A stretch of 47,753 bases of DNA from a virus. Its lineage: Duplodnaviria > Caudoviricetes. The notes below the pieces were generated by a model that was not told the origin of the DNA, did not search any database, and saw only the letters and a program-made list of their open reading frames with translations. Location: positions 1 to 47,753 of IMG/VR virus record IMGVR_UViG_3300037467_000774; one strand, given 5' to 3'. The translations under genes were made by a program, and so were the position numbers. Shown here in pieces: positions 24,102 to 33,796 of the stretch. Each line of letters starts with the position of its first letter. Position 1 is the stretch's first letter.

Positions 24102-26026
24102 CAGGCCGCCCTCACCTGAAGAACCGAACCGTTGCGATACCAGCCGCCTACGGGCACGCCGGCCGTCGCCGCCGCAGCGTCGTTGGCGTAGTTGCCGAGC
24201 AGCGACAGAGTGACCGTCACCGGCGTCTTGTCCTGCGGCTTGTCGAAATTGTTTGGTCCCCACAGTTTCGTCGTCGCGGTCGCAACGTCGGAAGTCGTGT
24301 CGCCAGTCGTGAATGAGCGGTTGCCGCTGCCCGCGAGCGAAGTGACCGTGACGCTGAGCGCCCGCTGGCAAATGTTAAACACGGCACCGCTGAGCGCCAG
24401 CGTGTTGAACGACCCCGAGATGCCGTAGGAATAGGCCGCGTTGTCGGCGCCGTAGAAGAAACCACCCGACAGCTGGACGTTGGTGTTTGCGCCGTTGATG
24501 CTCAGCGCCGAGAAGGCGCTGGTTTTGTCCTTGGCCCACCCGCGATAGGCGTTTAGGCCGATGATGAGGTTGCGGGTCGCCGCTCCGTTGGACCAGATAT
24601 GATCCTCGGCCGAGACTGCGAAGTGGTTGCCCGCGATCTGGATATTCTCGATGCTGGCGCCCGAGGTGTCGACGCTGATCGCGCGGCCTTGAAGGGCCGT
24701 GTTCAGCGAGTTGTAGGCGAAGAAGGTGTTGTTGAGCACCTGGCCGGTGAAGTTGCCGGTGCCGGTGGCTTTTACGCCGTAGCGCGTTTGGTCGATCTTG
24801 TTGCCATCGATCTTGATGAACTGGCACAGCCCCGCCGCGCCGAGGAGCACGCCGTTCAGGTGCCCGAAGATCAGGTTGTCGACGATCTCTACGCCGTCGC
24901 TCTGGTCGATCTGGATCGCGGTCGCTGTGGCGCGCATGTATGATCGCACGCCAGCTTCGGTCGAGGTCGGCCACACGCTGAACGTGAAGTTGTTGCGCTC
25001 TATGCGCATGTGCTCGAGGTTGCGGCGCAGGTATATCGCGCGGTTGAGGGCACAGATGTAGTTGCCCTCGATCTCGACGTGACCGACGTTCCCCCCGGTG
25101 TCGCCGATCTCGATGAACTTGTAGGCGTTGTAGACGACGTTGCGCAGGAACTGCACGAACTGGATCGACGTGCCGGCGCCGGTGAAGTCGAACAGGAACG
25201 TCGCCGGGTAGGCTGTCGGCGCGGACGTGTCAGCCTGGTTCGGGTAATAGAAGCCGAGGCCCTTGACCGAAACACCGCGCCGCACCTTGAACGGGCTGTT
25301 GGCGGCGCCTGTAATCCACAGCATAGCCCCCTGGTCGATGACGCTGGTGGCGCCATCGAGCACGCCCTCGCCGATCAGTTCGACTTCTTCGAGCGTGATT
25401 GGGCCGCCGTCGGAGTTGATGAGGTAGTTGCCCTCGGGAAAGATGACGCGCTTGCCGCGTGCGGCAGCGACCGCAGCGGCAATGGCGGCGCGGTCGTCGG
25501 TCACGCCGTCGCCAAGAGCACCGAAGTCCTTGACCGAGATCGTGTCGCGCAGCTTGGCCTGCACAGAACGGGCAATCGCGCCCGCGCCCGAGTGGATGAA
25601 GTTAACCAGCGCCGAGCCGGTGCTTGCGAGCAGGTCGACCTGAAGCGAGGCCACACCGGTCGATATCAGCGAGCGCGTTTCCTGCAGGATCATCGCGAGA
25701 CGGTCGAGCGCCTTCTCGACGACCTTCGGCGACCAACTGGCTTGCGAAGGCAGGCTCGTCGCCTGCTTGACAGGGGTGTTGCCCCGCACGACGACGGTTG
25801 AGCCGATGGTGTTCGATGCCGCGAGGATCGTCACCGAGCCGCCCGGCGCGCTCTCCTGGTCGGCGTTGAGGCTGACCGAGTAATCGGTGACGAGGCCGAG
25901 CGGAGCGTCGTCGCGGGTGACGAGGATTTCGGAGGCGTCGAAGCACTTGAAGCTGAACGCCAGCGTGGCGTCAGCCCCGGTCCCGGTCCACGGCCCGGCG
26001 ATCCTGCTGGTCGTCTCGACGGTCAT
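24101..26026 (-). CDS. Tail fibre/tailspike with pectate-lyase-like beta-helix (probable depolymerase)
   Basis: T7 gp17-like N-terminal anchor (E.ALDRL), SVKDFGALGDGVTDD, and N/I/G-rich beta-helix repeats. Confidence 0.88.
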   Translation of the reverse strand: MTVETTSRIAGPWTGTGADATLAFSFKCFDASEILVTRDDAPLGLVTDYSVSLNADQESAPGGSVTILAASNTIGSTVVVRGNTPVKQATSLPSQASWSPKVVEKALDRLAMILQETRSLISTGVASLQVDLLASTGSALVNFIHSGAGAIARSVQAKLRDTISVKDFGALGDGVTDDRAAIAAAVAAARGKRVIFPEGNYLINSDGGPITLEEVELIGEGVLDGATSVIDQGAMLWITGAANSPFKVRRGVSVKGLGFYYPNQADTSAPTAYPATFLFDFTGAGTSIQFVQFLRNVVYNAYKFIEIGDTGGNVGHVEIEGNYICALNRAIYLRRNLEHMRIERNNFTFSVWPTSTEAGVRSYMRATATAIQIDQSDGVEIVDNLIFGHLNGVLLGAAGLCQFIKIDGNKIDQTRYGVKATGTGNFTGQVLNNTFFAYNSLNTALQGRAISVDTSGASIENIQIAGNHFAVSAEDHIWSNGAATRNLIIGLNAYRGWAKDKTSAFSALSINGANTNVQLSGGFFYGADNAAYSYGISGSFNTLALSGAVFNICQRALSVTVTSLAGSGNRSFTTGDTTSDVATATTKLWGPNNFDKPQDKTPVTVTLSLLGNYANDAAAATAGVPVGGWYRNGSVLQVRAA

Positions 26027-26034
26027 CGGCGGCA

Positions 26035-26067
26035 ACCATGCCGCATGGCGCGCCGCTTAAGCGTACG
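26035..26067 (-). promoter_or_regulatory. Putative late promoter copy 3 (CGTACGCTTAAG-N15-CATGGT)
   Basis: 12-mer at 26056-26067; the tailspike ATG follows 8 nt after the -10. Confidence 0.75.
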
Positions 26068-26068
26068 A

Positions 26069-29000
26069 CTAGAAGCGCTTGGCCTTCCTCGCCTGCTGCG
26101 GCGGGCCGAGCAGCACGGCGGCGGGGTTCTTCGTGTCGCCGTTGGCGAGCGCCGCGACGCCGAGCGCGGTGCGCTGCACCTGCGCGGCAGGGTAGTGGAA
26201 CAGGATTCCGCCGACCTGGTTGAGCGATTTCCAGAAGGCTTCGTCGGCCTTGCCCTGCTGCGCCTGCGTGCCGAGCTTGTAGAACTGGCGGCCGACGATG
26301 CCTGCGGGGGCCTGTGAGCGCTCGTCGCCGCTTAGCGCTGCGGCGATGTCGCGCACCCCGACCATGCTCTGAAACGGCGCCATGAGGACGTTGACGCCGA
26401 TGTCCTTGCCGATCTGCTCCCAATCCTTGTCGTCGCCGCGCATCAGGTCGAGCATCAGCGCCTGGATGGCAGCGGGCACGGCGAACAGCAGGAGCATGTC
26501 GGCGGCGAGGATCGGCAGCCGCGAAGCGCCGACCAGCCGTGTCTCGCCGACGCTCTCGGCCGCGAGGTTGTAGGTGACGCTGAAGTAGGAATAGAAGTTG
26601 GTCCACACCTTGAGCATCGGCCCGCCGCGCTGGATGCCGGCCAGATCCTTGATCTGCCCGCCGCCCTGCGAATCGAGCACGGCCTGGTCGGCCAGCGCCA
26701 CCGCGCGCTCGTGCTCCTCGCCGGCGTCGATCGACTTGTTGTACTGGCCGATCCACGTCGGCACGTCGGCCATCAGCTGCAGCTTGGCGATGAGGTAGAA
26801 GAAGCTGCCCTTGATCGCTTCGTTGACCTCGCCCGCCTTCGAGCGGACGACGTGGTTGCGGATTTCGCCGATCTCGCGGTTCAGCGTGCCCGCGCGCTGC
26901 GCCATCATCGGCGACTGCTCGGTGATCCACTTGACCGTGCTCTGCAAGCGCGCCGCGTCGCCGAGCCACTGGCCCATGCCCTTCGCAACATGCTTCGCGC
27001 CGACGCGCTTGATCGACTGCGCGAGGCCGAGCGGCTGAAGCAAAGCGGTGGTCATCGACCAGGCCATGCCCGCGATCGTCGCGCCGGTGCGCAGCCAGTT
27101 GACCGCGCGCTCGAAGGTGTTGCGCGCCGGGACGTCGCCCGCCGCCACGTCCTCGATCGTGCGCTTCATCGCGCGGACGACCTCGGGGCCGTAGTGGTCG
27201 CGCACCGCGCCGTCGATCTGCGCGTTGCCGAGCAGCCGGTTGGCGTCGATCAGGTACTCGTGCCAGCTAAGGTCGTGGATGACCTCGGTGAGGTGCTGCC
27301 CGATGACGCCGATGTCCTTGCGCACCGGGCGCTTGACGGTATCGACGCGGGCCTTGGTATGGCCGCGCCGCGTCGTCGCGCGGGTGTAGGCGCCCTGCAT
27401 CATCGCCTTGGCGATTTCGCTCGCCTCGTCGGCTTCGCTGCGGCTTGAGCGGTCGGCGTCGTACTTGATCGGGTAGTAGCCGCCCGGCAGCTGAAGCGTC
27501 TGCCCGTCGGCGGTCTCGATCTGGAACGGGTCGCCTTCCACCTTCTCGGGCTCGACGCCCGTGACGCGGCGCTCCTTCGCGGCGACCTCGGGCCAGTAGG
27601 AGTTGATGAAGTCCCACACGCCCTGCACGACGCCCCACTGCCCGGCGGTCAGGGTGCGGCCGATCGCGTCGATCTGCTCGTCGGTCCAGTTGTCGCCGTC
27701 TCTCAACCTGGAACGGTTGATCTCGTTGCCCATGTTGAGCGCGACCGCGAGCCGCCCTTCGAGGCTCAGGCTGTCGTCGATCTCGGGAATGTAAAGCTTC
27801 TGCGTCAGCCTGGCGTCCTTCAGCGGCTTCATCGTCTCGATCAGCCGCTCGGTCGCCTCGCGGCGCATCGTCACTTCGCGGTCGCCCGCCGCGTTCATCG
27901 GGCGCACGAACAGTTCCCACAGCGGGCCGCCGTCCCTGAAGCCGTCCATCTGGCGGATCAGCGAGGCGAACTTGCGGTGCAGCGCGAGGAAGTCGAACAC
28001 GCCCGCCTTCGCCTTGTCGGCGAGGGCGTTGCGCTCGACCTTGGGGCGCTTGAAGCTGACCGCGTTGCCGATGATGGTCGAGGCGGCGCGCTCGACGGCT
28101 TCGGCGAAGTCGCGGTCCTTCTTCGCGGTGAGCAGCTTGCTCTTGAGCCGTCCGAGGTGTTCGATGTTCCTGACGGTATCGACGAGGCCGCGAAGCTCCT
28201 CGACCGTCAGCAGCTTGTAGGAGCGCTTCTGCGCGTCGTTGAGGAGGTCGTCGGGGACGACGGGGGTGAGCCCCATCTCCTTCTGCTTCTCGACCCACTC
28301 GGCGAGCGAAGTGCGCTTGTCGATGTCCTTGAGCGTCGTGCCCCGGTTGAGGTCGTAGCGGTCGAGCAGCTGCACGATCTGGTCGCGGTACGAGGGGTCG
28401 ATGCTCTTGCCCGTCGCCGGGCGCGTCAGCCGGTCGAACAGGGCGAGGGCTTTGCCCACCTCGTCGCGCGCCTTCATCGCGCCCTTGGCCGCGTAGAGGT
28501 TGAACAACTGGTTGCGCTTCTCAAGCGCGGCCTGCGGCAGGTTCCCTTCGCCGAGGGCCTTCATCGCCGCTTTGGCGGCGCGGGACGCAGCGGCTTCGTA
28601 CTTCGCCGGCCGAAGGTCGCGGACGCGGGTGCGCGCCACCGTGTCCTCGGCGAACTGCCGGGCGGCCTGTGCGAGGAGCCGGGGCTTGCCTGCCGCCTTG
28701 GCGAGCGCGGAGAGCTCGGCGGCGACGGCGCGGGCGCGGAACTCGTTGTGCACCGCTTCGCTCGCCGCTTCCTCGATCGACTGCGGATCGGTGAGGTCGC
28801 CGTGCTCCTCGAGCAGGCGCTGCTCGGTCAGCCCGGCGATCTTCTCATTCATCGGCTCGGCGGCGGCGAGCGCGCCGATGAGGTGGTCGGCGCTTGAGAA
28901 GCCGAACACTTGGCTCGTGGCTTCGGCGTCGAGCCCTTGCTCGGCGAGGATGCCGTACTTGCCGTAGCCGAGGGCGCGCTTGATCTCGGCGAGGCGGTCG

Positions 29001-32000
29001 GGCTGGTCGGAATAGACCTTATCGACCGACGCGATGCTGAGCTTGTGCGGACCTTCGGTCGTCTCGCCGTCGAGCACGCCGCGCTTGAGGTACTGCTGAG
29101 CGCGATAGACGGGTTCGTTGGCGACCTCGGCCGCGACGCGGGCGCGCATCGCCTTGCGGATTTGGGCGGCCTGGCGCTTCAAGCGGTTGACCTCGCGGCT
29201 GCGCGCGTTGTCGAACCACTTGAGGTCGCGCAATGAGCGTTGGCCGAGCTGCGCCTCGGCCTCCTGCGTCGCCGTCTGGTTGGTGCGCTGGTAGTCGCGC
29301 CACTGGTCCTCGGTCATGCCCGATTGGGCCTGGTCGGTAAACAAAGGCTCCATCGACCGCGCGGCCTGCGCCTCGGCGATCTCGTCGTCGGTCGCAAGCA
29401 TCCGGTCCATGACGTCGCGGATCTGCGCCGTGGGCCTGACGCCGAGCGCCGTCGCGTGCTTGTAGACGGCGACGAGCCACGAGCGGAAGGTGCGGAACAG
29501 TTCGCGAAGGCGTGAGGCGGGAGCCTTGCCGGTGAACAGGTACGCCTCGAAGCCCCGCGCGAACTTCTCGTGGCCGTCGCGCTTCTGGTCGAGGGTGAGC
29601 GCGTTCCACGAAGCGATGTCCTTGACGCCGAACCACTTGAGCAGAGCGTTGAAGTCGTCGGTGATCTGCTGCGGCGCGCCGGGCTGGCTGGCGATGTGCT
29701 CGTAGACGTCGAGGAAGAAGTGCCCGCTCTCGTGCAGGAAGGTCGAGAGGTCGGCATGTTCGAGCAGGCTGATCGTGTTGGTCGCCGGCGAATAGGCACC
29801 CCGGTTCTTCTGGAACAGCGCGAAGCCTTCGCGCGCGTGGGCGGCGATCTCGGGCGTGATGACGAAGCCGGGGTTGGTCAGCGGTGCATCGTCATGTTCG
29901 GCGTCGTAGGCGATAACGGGAGCCGAACCGGCGAAATCGTCAACGCCGATCGGCTCAACCTTCGCCCCGCCGAGCTTCTTCAAGATGTTGTTCGTGATGT
30001 TGACGAGGTTGCGGTCGTAGAAGGCGAGCATCCCCTCGCCGCCGATCTTGAGGTCGTCGCCCTGAACGCGGACTTCCTCGCCGTTCGCCTGATCGGCAAG
30101 CGCCATCATCCGAGAGCCCAAGTCCTTACCGAACACCTCGCCGATCTGCTCGGGCGTCATCACCGGGACGCTCATCTCGTTTTCCGAGGCGAGGTTGCGC
30201 GCGATCAAATCCTGCGAAATGCCGTAGCCAGCGTTGACGGTGTAGCGCCCGTCGCCCGCGCTCTGCACGCGGATTTCGCCGACTGTGCGCCCAAGGTCAT
30301 ACCGGTTGCGCTGCTGCTCGCCGGTGGTCCACGCCACCGCCTCGAAGCCGTTGTCGGCGGCCCAGCGGATCGCGCGCTTCATCACGAGCGCGGGCCAGGT
30401 CGACTTGAACGGCGCGTCGGGGATGCCACGAGGCTGCAGGGCGTGCTCTAGCGCTTGATGCGTCTCGTTGACCCGCAGGCGCGCGTCGTTGTTCGCTTTA
30501 ACCAGCCGTTCGAGCGTGTGGCGCTCGACCTCTACATCTCGGCCTTGCGCTTCGAGATGATCGAGCGCCATTCGTGCGTTCCCGAGAGCGCTCGCAGTCG
30601 TCGTTTCTTCGTACCCTACGACGGCTGCTTGCGCGAGAATCGACTGCGAAACTTCCTCAAAATCGCTGACGCTTTTTTGAAGCGCCGCGCTAGCTTCGGC
30701 GTAAGCGTCTTGCCGCTGTTTCAACTCGGCGTCAGAGACCGATTCCTCGTACCCCTGATCGCGCCCCTTCTGGTGCCAATCGCTCTGCACCTCCTCGATG
30801 AACAGCAGCTTCTTGCCGTCGGTCGTCTGCCTCGTCTTGAAGCGCAGGTGGGCGACGACGCCCGGCTCGTCGAAGTGGGTCGACGGGCTGCGCTCGGGGT
30901 TGCCGCCAGCGCCGGGCGGCAGGGTCAGCAGAAGTTCGTGATAGTCCTCGCCGCCGGGTTCGGTGTAGTCCTCGAAGGTCTGTTGGTCGCCATTTTCGGC
31001 TTCGATCCACTGTTTGGCATCGCCGAGATCGTTCGTGTCGTAAAAGAGCGCACCGGTTCCGCGATCCCGAACCTCGTAGTGAGGTTCGCCAGTATCGCTT
31101 TCGTGACCTTCATACTCGACGATTTCGTACACATCGTTGGCGCTATGGTGGTCCACCTCCTCGACCTGCACCCCGCCCTCGCGGACGAAGGCCAGCAGCT
31201 CCTCGCGCGTGACGGGACCGTCCTGCGTTTCGAGCCATTCGGGCAGCTCGGTCCACTCGATCTCCTCCTTCTTCACGCCCGGCGTCTTGGAGAGCGTGGC
31301 GAGCCACTGCTGCGGGCTGGCCTTGGCCTGGGAGGAGTTTTCCACAGCGCGTTCGAGCTCGCTGTAGAAGATGGGGTTTTCGGATTGGTGGAGTTCGCCG
31401 CCGATTTCGCGCACCGCGAGATTGATTTCGTCGACCTTTTCGCCTACATTCTGCGCATAGCCCTCGGTGTCAGGACCAGCTTTGCTAGCGGTATCCTGAT
31501 TGCCGGGGGCTTCGCCTTCCTGCAGGACGTGGTTGTAGTAGAGGTTGCCGTTGGCGTCCTCACGAACGCTGGCGCGCACCGCGACCCGCTTGCCGCCGAT
31601 GTCGGCCACGCCTTCGATGAAGTGCCACGCCTTCGTCGTGCTATTGGGGCGCGTATCGGCGGCGCTGTTGACCAACCGGCCGTGCGCGATGATCTCGGGG
31701 AGCGCAGCGAAAGCCCTGATCTTTAGCGGGTCCGCGCTGGCGCTGAACGCCTTGCGACTGCCGCCAAACCGCACTTCCCGCCCGCCGAGCGCGTCTGACG
31801 CCACCGTCTTGTCGCGCAGGTTGGCGTCGTACCAGGACCGGGCTGCCGAGCGGAGCGCTTTCACGTCGGAGTTGAGAGGCGCGATCTCCTCGCCGCTGAT
31901 CGTCGAATGTGGCGGCTGGCTCAAATGCGAATCGGGCATAGCCCTATTCAATATGCGTATTGGAAAGCGCTCGTAAAGCGTATTCGGCGATACGTTCATG

Positions 32001-33796
32001 CGCTTTGCGAGGGTCGAGTAGAACGCCGCGTGGAGGTCGGCGTAGCGCTCGTTAACCTTGGCCGTGAAGCGGTTGGCCTTGCTCAGCTGGTCGAGAATCT
32101 GCGTCCGCACCTGTTCGAGGTCGGCCTTGTGAACCTCGTCCTCGGTTGCCCGCGTCAACTCCTTCTCGATCTCGGCCTTCAGCGCCTCGCCCTTGTCGGC
32201 CATGAACTGCTCGGCCTCGGCGCGGCTCATGCCGTTGGGGTCCGTCTTGATGTGGTCGATCAGGGCCTTCTCGGCGGGCGTGCCCGCGAGCAGGGTCGCA
32301 AATTCGCTCATCGGCACACGGACGTCGGTGCCCTGTTCGAGCGCTTCCTTGATGCGCGGGCCGAGCGCGTTGTCGACCGCCTTGCCCTGCTCCTCGTCGA
32401 ACCCGCCCTGGAACAAAGCATCGGCGAGCTTGTCGGGCGGCACGTAGACGTCCTCGACCGGCGACCCTTCGGCCATGTCGTCGACAAGGGCCTGGAAGGT
32501 CTGCGGGTCGCGCGTCCTGAGCGCCGACGCCTTCGCCAGCTTGGTTATGTCCTCAACGTGCTGCGCAACAGCTTCCGCCTGCGCCGCCTTGGCCTCGGTG
32601 CCGACCGCCTTGTTGATCCCGCGCACGACAGCGCCGTGAACCGCGCCCAACCCGCCGACCGCCGTGAGCCCTACGCCGGTGGCGATGAGCGTCGAGTAGG
32701 CGTGGGGCACGATCTCGCTGACATACTGGTCGAACGACTTGCCCTGGTTGCCGTCGATCATCGCCCACTGGTTGAAGTCCTGCAGCAGCGTCGCGACCTG
32801 CTCGCCCGGCACTTCGGCCTTCAGCTGGTCGGCGAGCATCCGGCCGAAGCCGACGTGCGCGGTGGCGTCGTGGAGGAACCACTTTTCGGGGAGGTATTCA
32901 GTGCCGACCTCGACCGCCGCGTCGATTGCCGACTTGAGGCTCGCGCGGCCGACGCCGACGCCCTGGTCGCGCGCCTGCCCGTAGCTCTGGCCGTAGGTCG
33001 TCGCGCCGATCAGCCCGAGGCCGGTCGCGGTGCCGCCGGTGCCGAGCGTCGCTGCGAGCGCGGCCAGCGACAAGGGCACGCTCTCGACGCCCATCTGGAT
33101 ATCGCGCCCGAGCTGCGTGTCCGCGCCCGCATAGTCGACGCTCTGGTCGATCGCGTGGCGCGCACGGCGCGACAGCGCCGCGAGGCCGCTTTCCATCGTC
33201 CCGCCGAACAGGCGCCGCTGAAGTCCCGCCGTGGGGTCGACCTTCTCGGCAAGTTCCTGGCTGCTTTCGAGCGCGCCGAGCGGGCCGCTGACGACCTGCG
33301 CGACGCCCTTTTCGAGCGGCGCCGACAGGTCCGTCTTGAGCACCTTGCGCAGGTAGGGCATCGCCCCGCCCTGCTGCTTGATGTCGGTGCTGATGTCGTT
33401 GGCGACACGGCCCATCGCCTTGATGCCGACCTGCGCGCCGTAGACGACCGGCGCGGTGATCGCATTGCCCTTGAGGAACTGCTCGATCTGCCCGAGCACG
33501 CCGATGTCGTCGTGGGCGATGGCCGCGTTGCTGGTCGAGGACATGAACCGCGCGGTGCGCGGGGCGGTGCGCGCGAGGTTCTGGTAGTCGACCGCGTTCG
33601 CCGCGCTGCGCCGGTCGATCAGGTCGGGGTTGTTGCGCGCCGATTCGTAGGGCGCGCCGAGCGCGCGGGCCTGCTGCTGAACCAGCGCTTCCTTGTCGGG
33701 GTTGCGGTCGGCGACCTGCGCGACCGAAGCGCGGGCGCCGAGCGCGTACTGCCCGCCGAAGATATCGGCTGCGGCCTGGTCTGCGGGCAGCGGCAT
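26069..33796 (-). CDS. Giant polyvalent internal virion (DNA ejection) protein
   Basis: 2575 aa, positioned after the transglycosylase ejection protein; LPD3-like module, EEVQSDWHQ module and LHESGH zincin-like motif. Confidence 0.9.
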   Translation of the reverse strand: MPLPADQAAADIFGGQYALGARASVAQVADRNPDKEALVQQQARALGAPYESARNNPDLIDRRSAANAVDYQNLARTAPRTARFMSSTSNAAIAHDDIGVLGQIEQFLKGNAITAPVVYGAQVGIKAMGRVANDISTDIKQQGGAMPYLRKVLKTDLSAPLEKGVAQVVSGPLGALESSQELAEKVDPTAGLQRRLFGGTMESGLAALSRRARHAIDQSVDYAGADTQLGRDIQMGVESVPLSLAALAATLGTGGTATGLGLIGATTYGQSYGQARDQGVGVGRASLKSAIDAAVEVGTEYLPEKWFLHDATAHVGFGRMLADQLKAEVPGEQVATLLQDFNQWAMIDGNQGKSFDQYVSEIVPHAYSTLIATGVGLTAVGGLGAVHGAVVRGINKAVGTEAKAAQAEAVAQHVEDITKLAKASALRTRDPQTFQALVDDMAEGSPVEDVYVPPDKLADALFQGGFDEEQGKAVDNALGPRIKEALEQGTDVRVPMSEFATLLAGTPAEKALIDHIKTDPNGMSRAEAEQFMADKGEALKAEIEKELTRATEDEVHKADLEQVRTQILDQLSKANRFTAKVNERYADLHAAFYSTLAKRMNVSPNTLYERFPIRILNRAMPDSHLSQPPHSTISGEEIAPLNSDVKALRSAARSWYDANLRDKTVASDALGGREVRFGGSRKAFSASADPLKIRAFAALPEIIAHGRLVNSAADTRPNSTTKAWHFIEGVADIGGKRVAVRASVREDANGNLYYNHVLQEGEAPGNQDTASKAGPDTEGYAQNVGEKVDEINLAVREIGGELHQSENPIFYSELERAVENSSQAKASPQQWLATLSKTPGVKKEEIEWTELPEWLETQDGPVTREELLAFVREGGVQVEEVDHHSANDVYEIVEYEGHESDTGEPHYEVRDRGTGALFYDTNDLGDAKQWIEAENGDQQTFEDYTEPGGEDYHELLLTLPPGAGGNPERSPSTHFDEPGVVAHLRFKTRQTTDGKKLLFIEEVQSDWHQKGRDQGYEESVSDAELKQRQDAYAEASAALQKSVSDFEEVSQSILAQAAVVGYEETTTASALGNARMALDHLEAQGRDVEVERHTLERLVKANNDARLRVNETHQALEHALQPRGIPDAPFKSTWPALVMKRAIRWAADNGFEAVAWTTGEQQRNRYDLGRTVGEIRVQSAGDGRYTVNAGYGISQDLIARNLASENEMSVPVMTPEQIGEVFGKDLGSRMMALADQANGEEVRVQGDDLKIGGEGMLAFYDRNLVNITNNILKKLGGAKVEPIGVDDFAGSAPVIAYDAEHDDAPLTNPGFVITPEIAAHAREGFALFQKNRGAYSPATNTISLLEHADLSTFLHESGHFFLDVYEHIASQPGAPQQITDDFNALLKWFGVKDIASWNALTLDQKRDGHEKFARGFEAYLFTGKAPASRLRELFRTFRSWLVAVYKHATALGVRPTAQIRDVMDRMLATDDEIAEAQAARSMEPLFTDQAQSGMTEDQWRDYQRTNQTATQEAEAQLGQRSLRDLKWFDNARSREVNRLKRQAAQIRKAMRARVAAEVANEPVYRAQQYLKRGVLDGETTEGPHKLSIASVDKVYSDQPDRLAEIKRALGYGKYGILAEQGLDAEATSQVFGFSSADHLIGALAAAEPMNEKIAGLTEQRLLEEHGDLTDPQSIEEAASEAVHNEFRARAVAAELSALAKAAGKPRLLAQAARQFAEDTVARTRVRDLRPAKYEAAASRAAKAAMKALGEGNLPQAALEKRNQLFNLYAAKGAMKARDEVGKALALFDRLTRPATGKSIDPSYRDQIVQLLDRYDLNRGTTLKDIDKRTSLAEWVEKQKEMGLTPVVPDDLLNDAQKRSYKLLTVEELRGLVDTVRNIEHLGRLKSKLLTAKKDRDFAEAVERAASTIIGNAVSFKRPKVERNALADKAKAGVFDFLALHRKFASLIRQMDGFRDGGPLWELFVRPMNAAGDREVTMRREATERLIETMKPLKDARLTQKLYIPEIDDSLSLEGRLAVALNMGNEINRSRLRDGDNWTDEQIDAIGRTLTAGQWGVVQGVWDFINSYWPEVAAKERRVTGVEPEKVEGDPFQIETADGQTLQLPGGYYPIKYDADRSSRSEADEASEIAKAMMQGAYTRATTRRGHTKARVDTVKRPVRKDIGVIGQHLTEVIHDLSWHEYLIDANRLLGNAQIDGAVRDHYGPEVVRAMKRTIEDVAAGDVPARNTFERAVNWLRTGATIAGMAWSMTTALLQPLGLAQSIKRVGAKHVAKGMGQWLGDAARLQSTVKWITEQSPMMAQRAGTLNREIGEIRNHVVRSKAGEVNEAIKGSFFYLIAKLQLMADVPTWIGQYNKSIDAGEEHERAVALADQAVLDSQGGGQIKDLAGIQRGGPMLKVWTNFYSYFSVTYNLAAESVGETRLVGASRLPILAADMLLLFAVPAAIQALMLDLMRGDDKDWEQIGKDIGVNVLMAPFQSMVGVRDIAAALSGDERSQAPAGIVGRQFYKLGTQAQQGKADEAFWKSLNQVGGILFHYPAAQVQRTALGVAALANGDTKNPAAVLLGPPQQARKAKRF

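Noticed and set aside
24101-26069. Diversity-generating retroelement as in BPP-1
   Set aside because: I saw no reverse transcriptase and no TR/VR repeat pair; the receptor-binding protein is a beta-helix tailspike.
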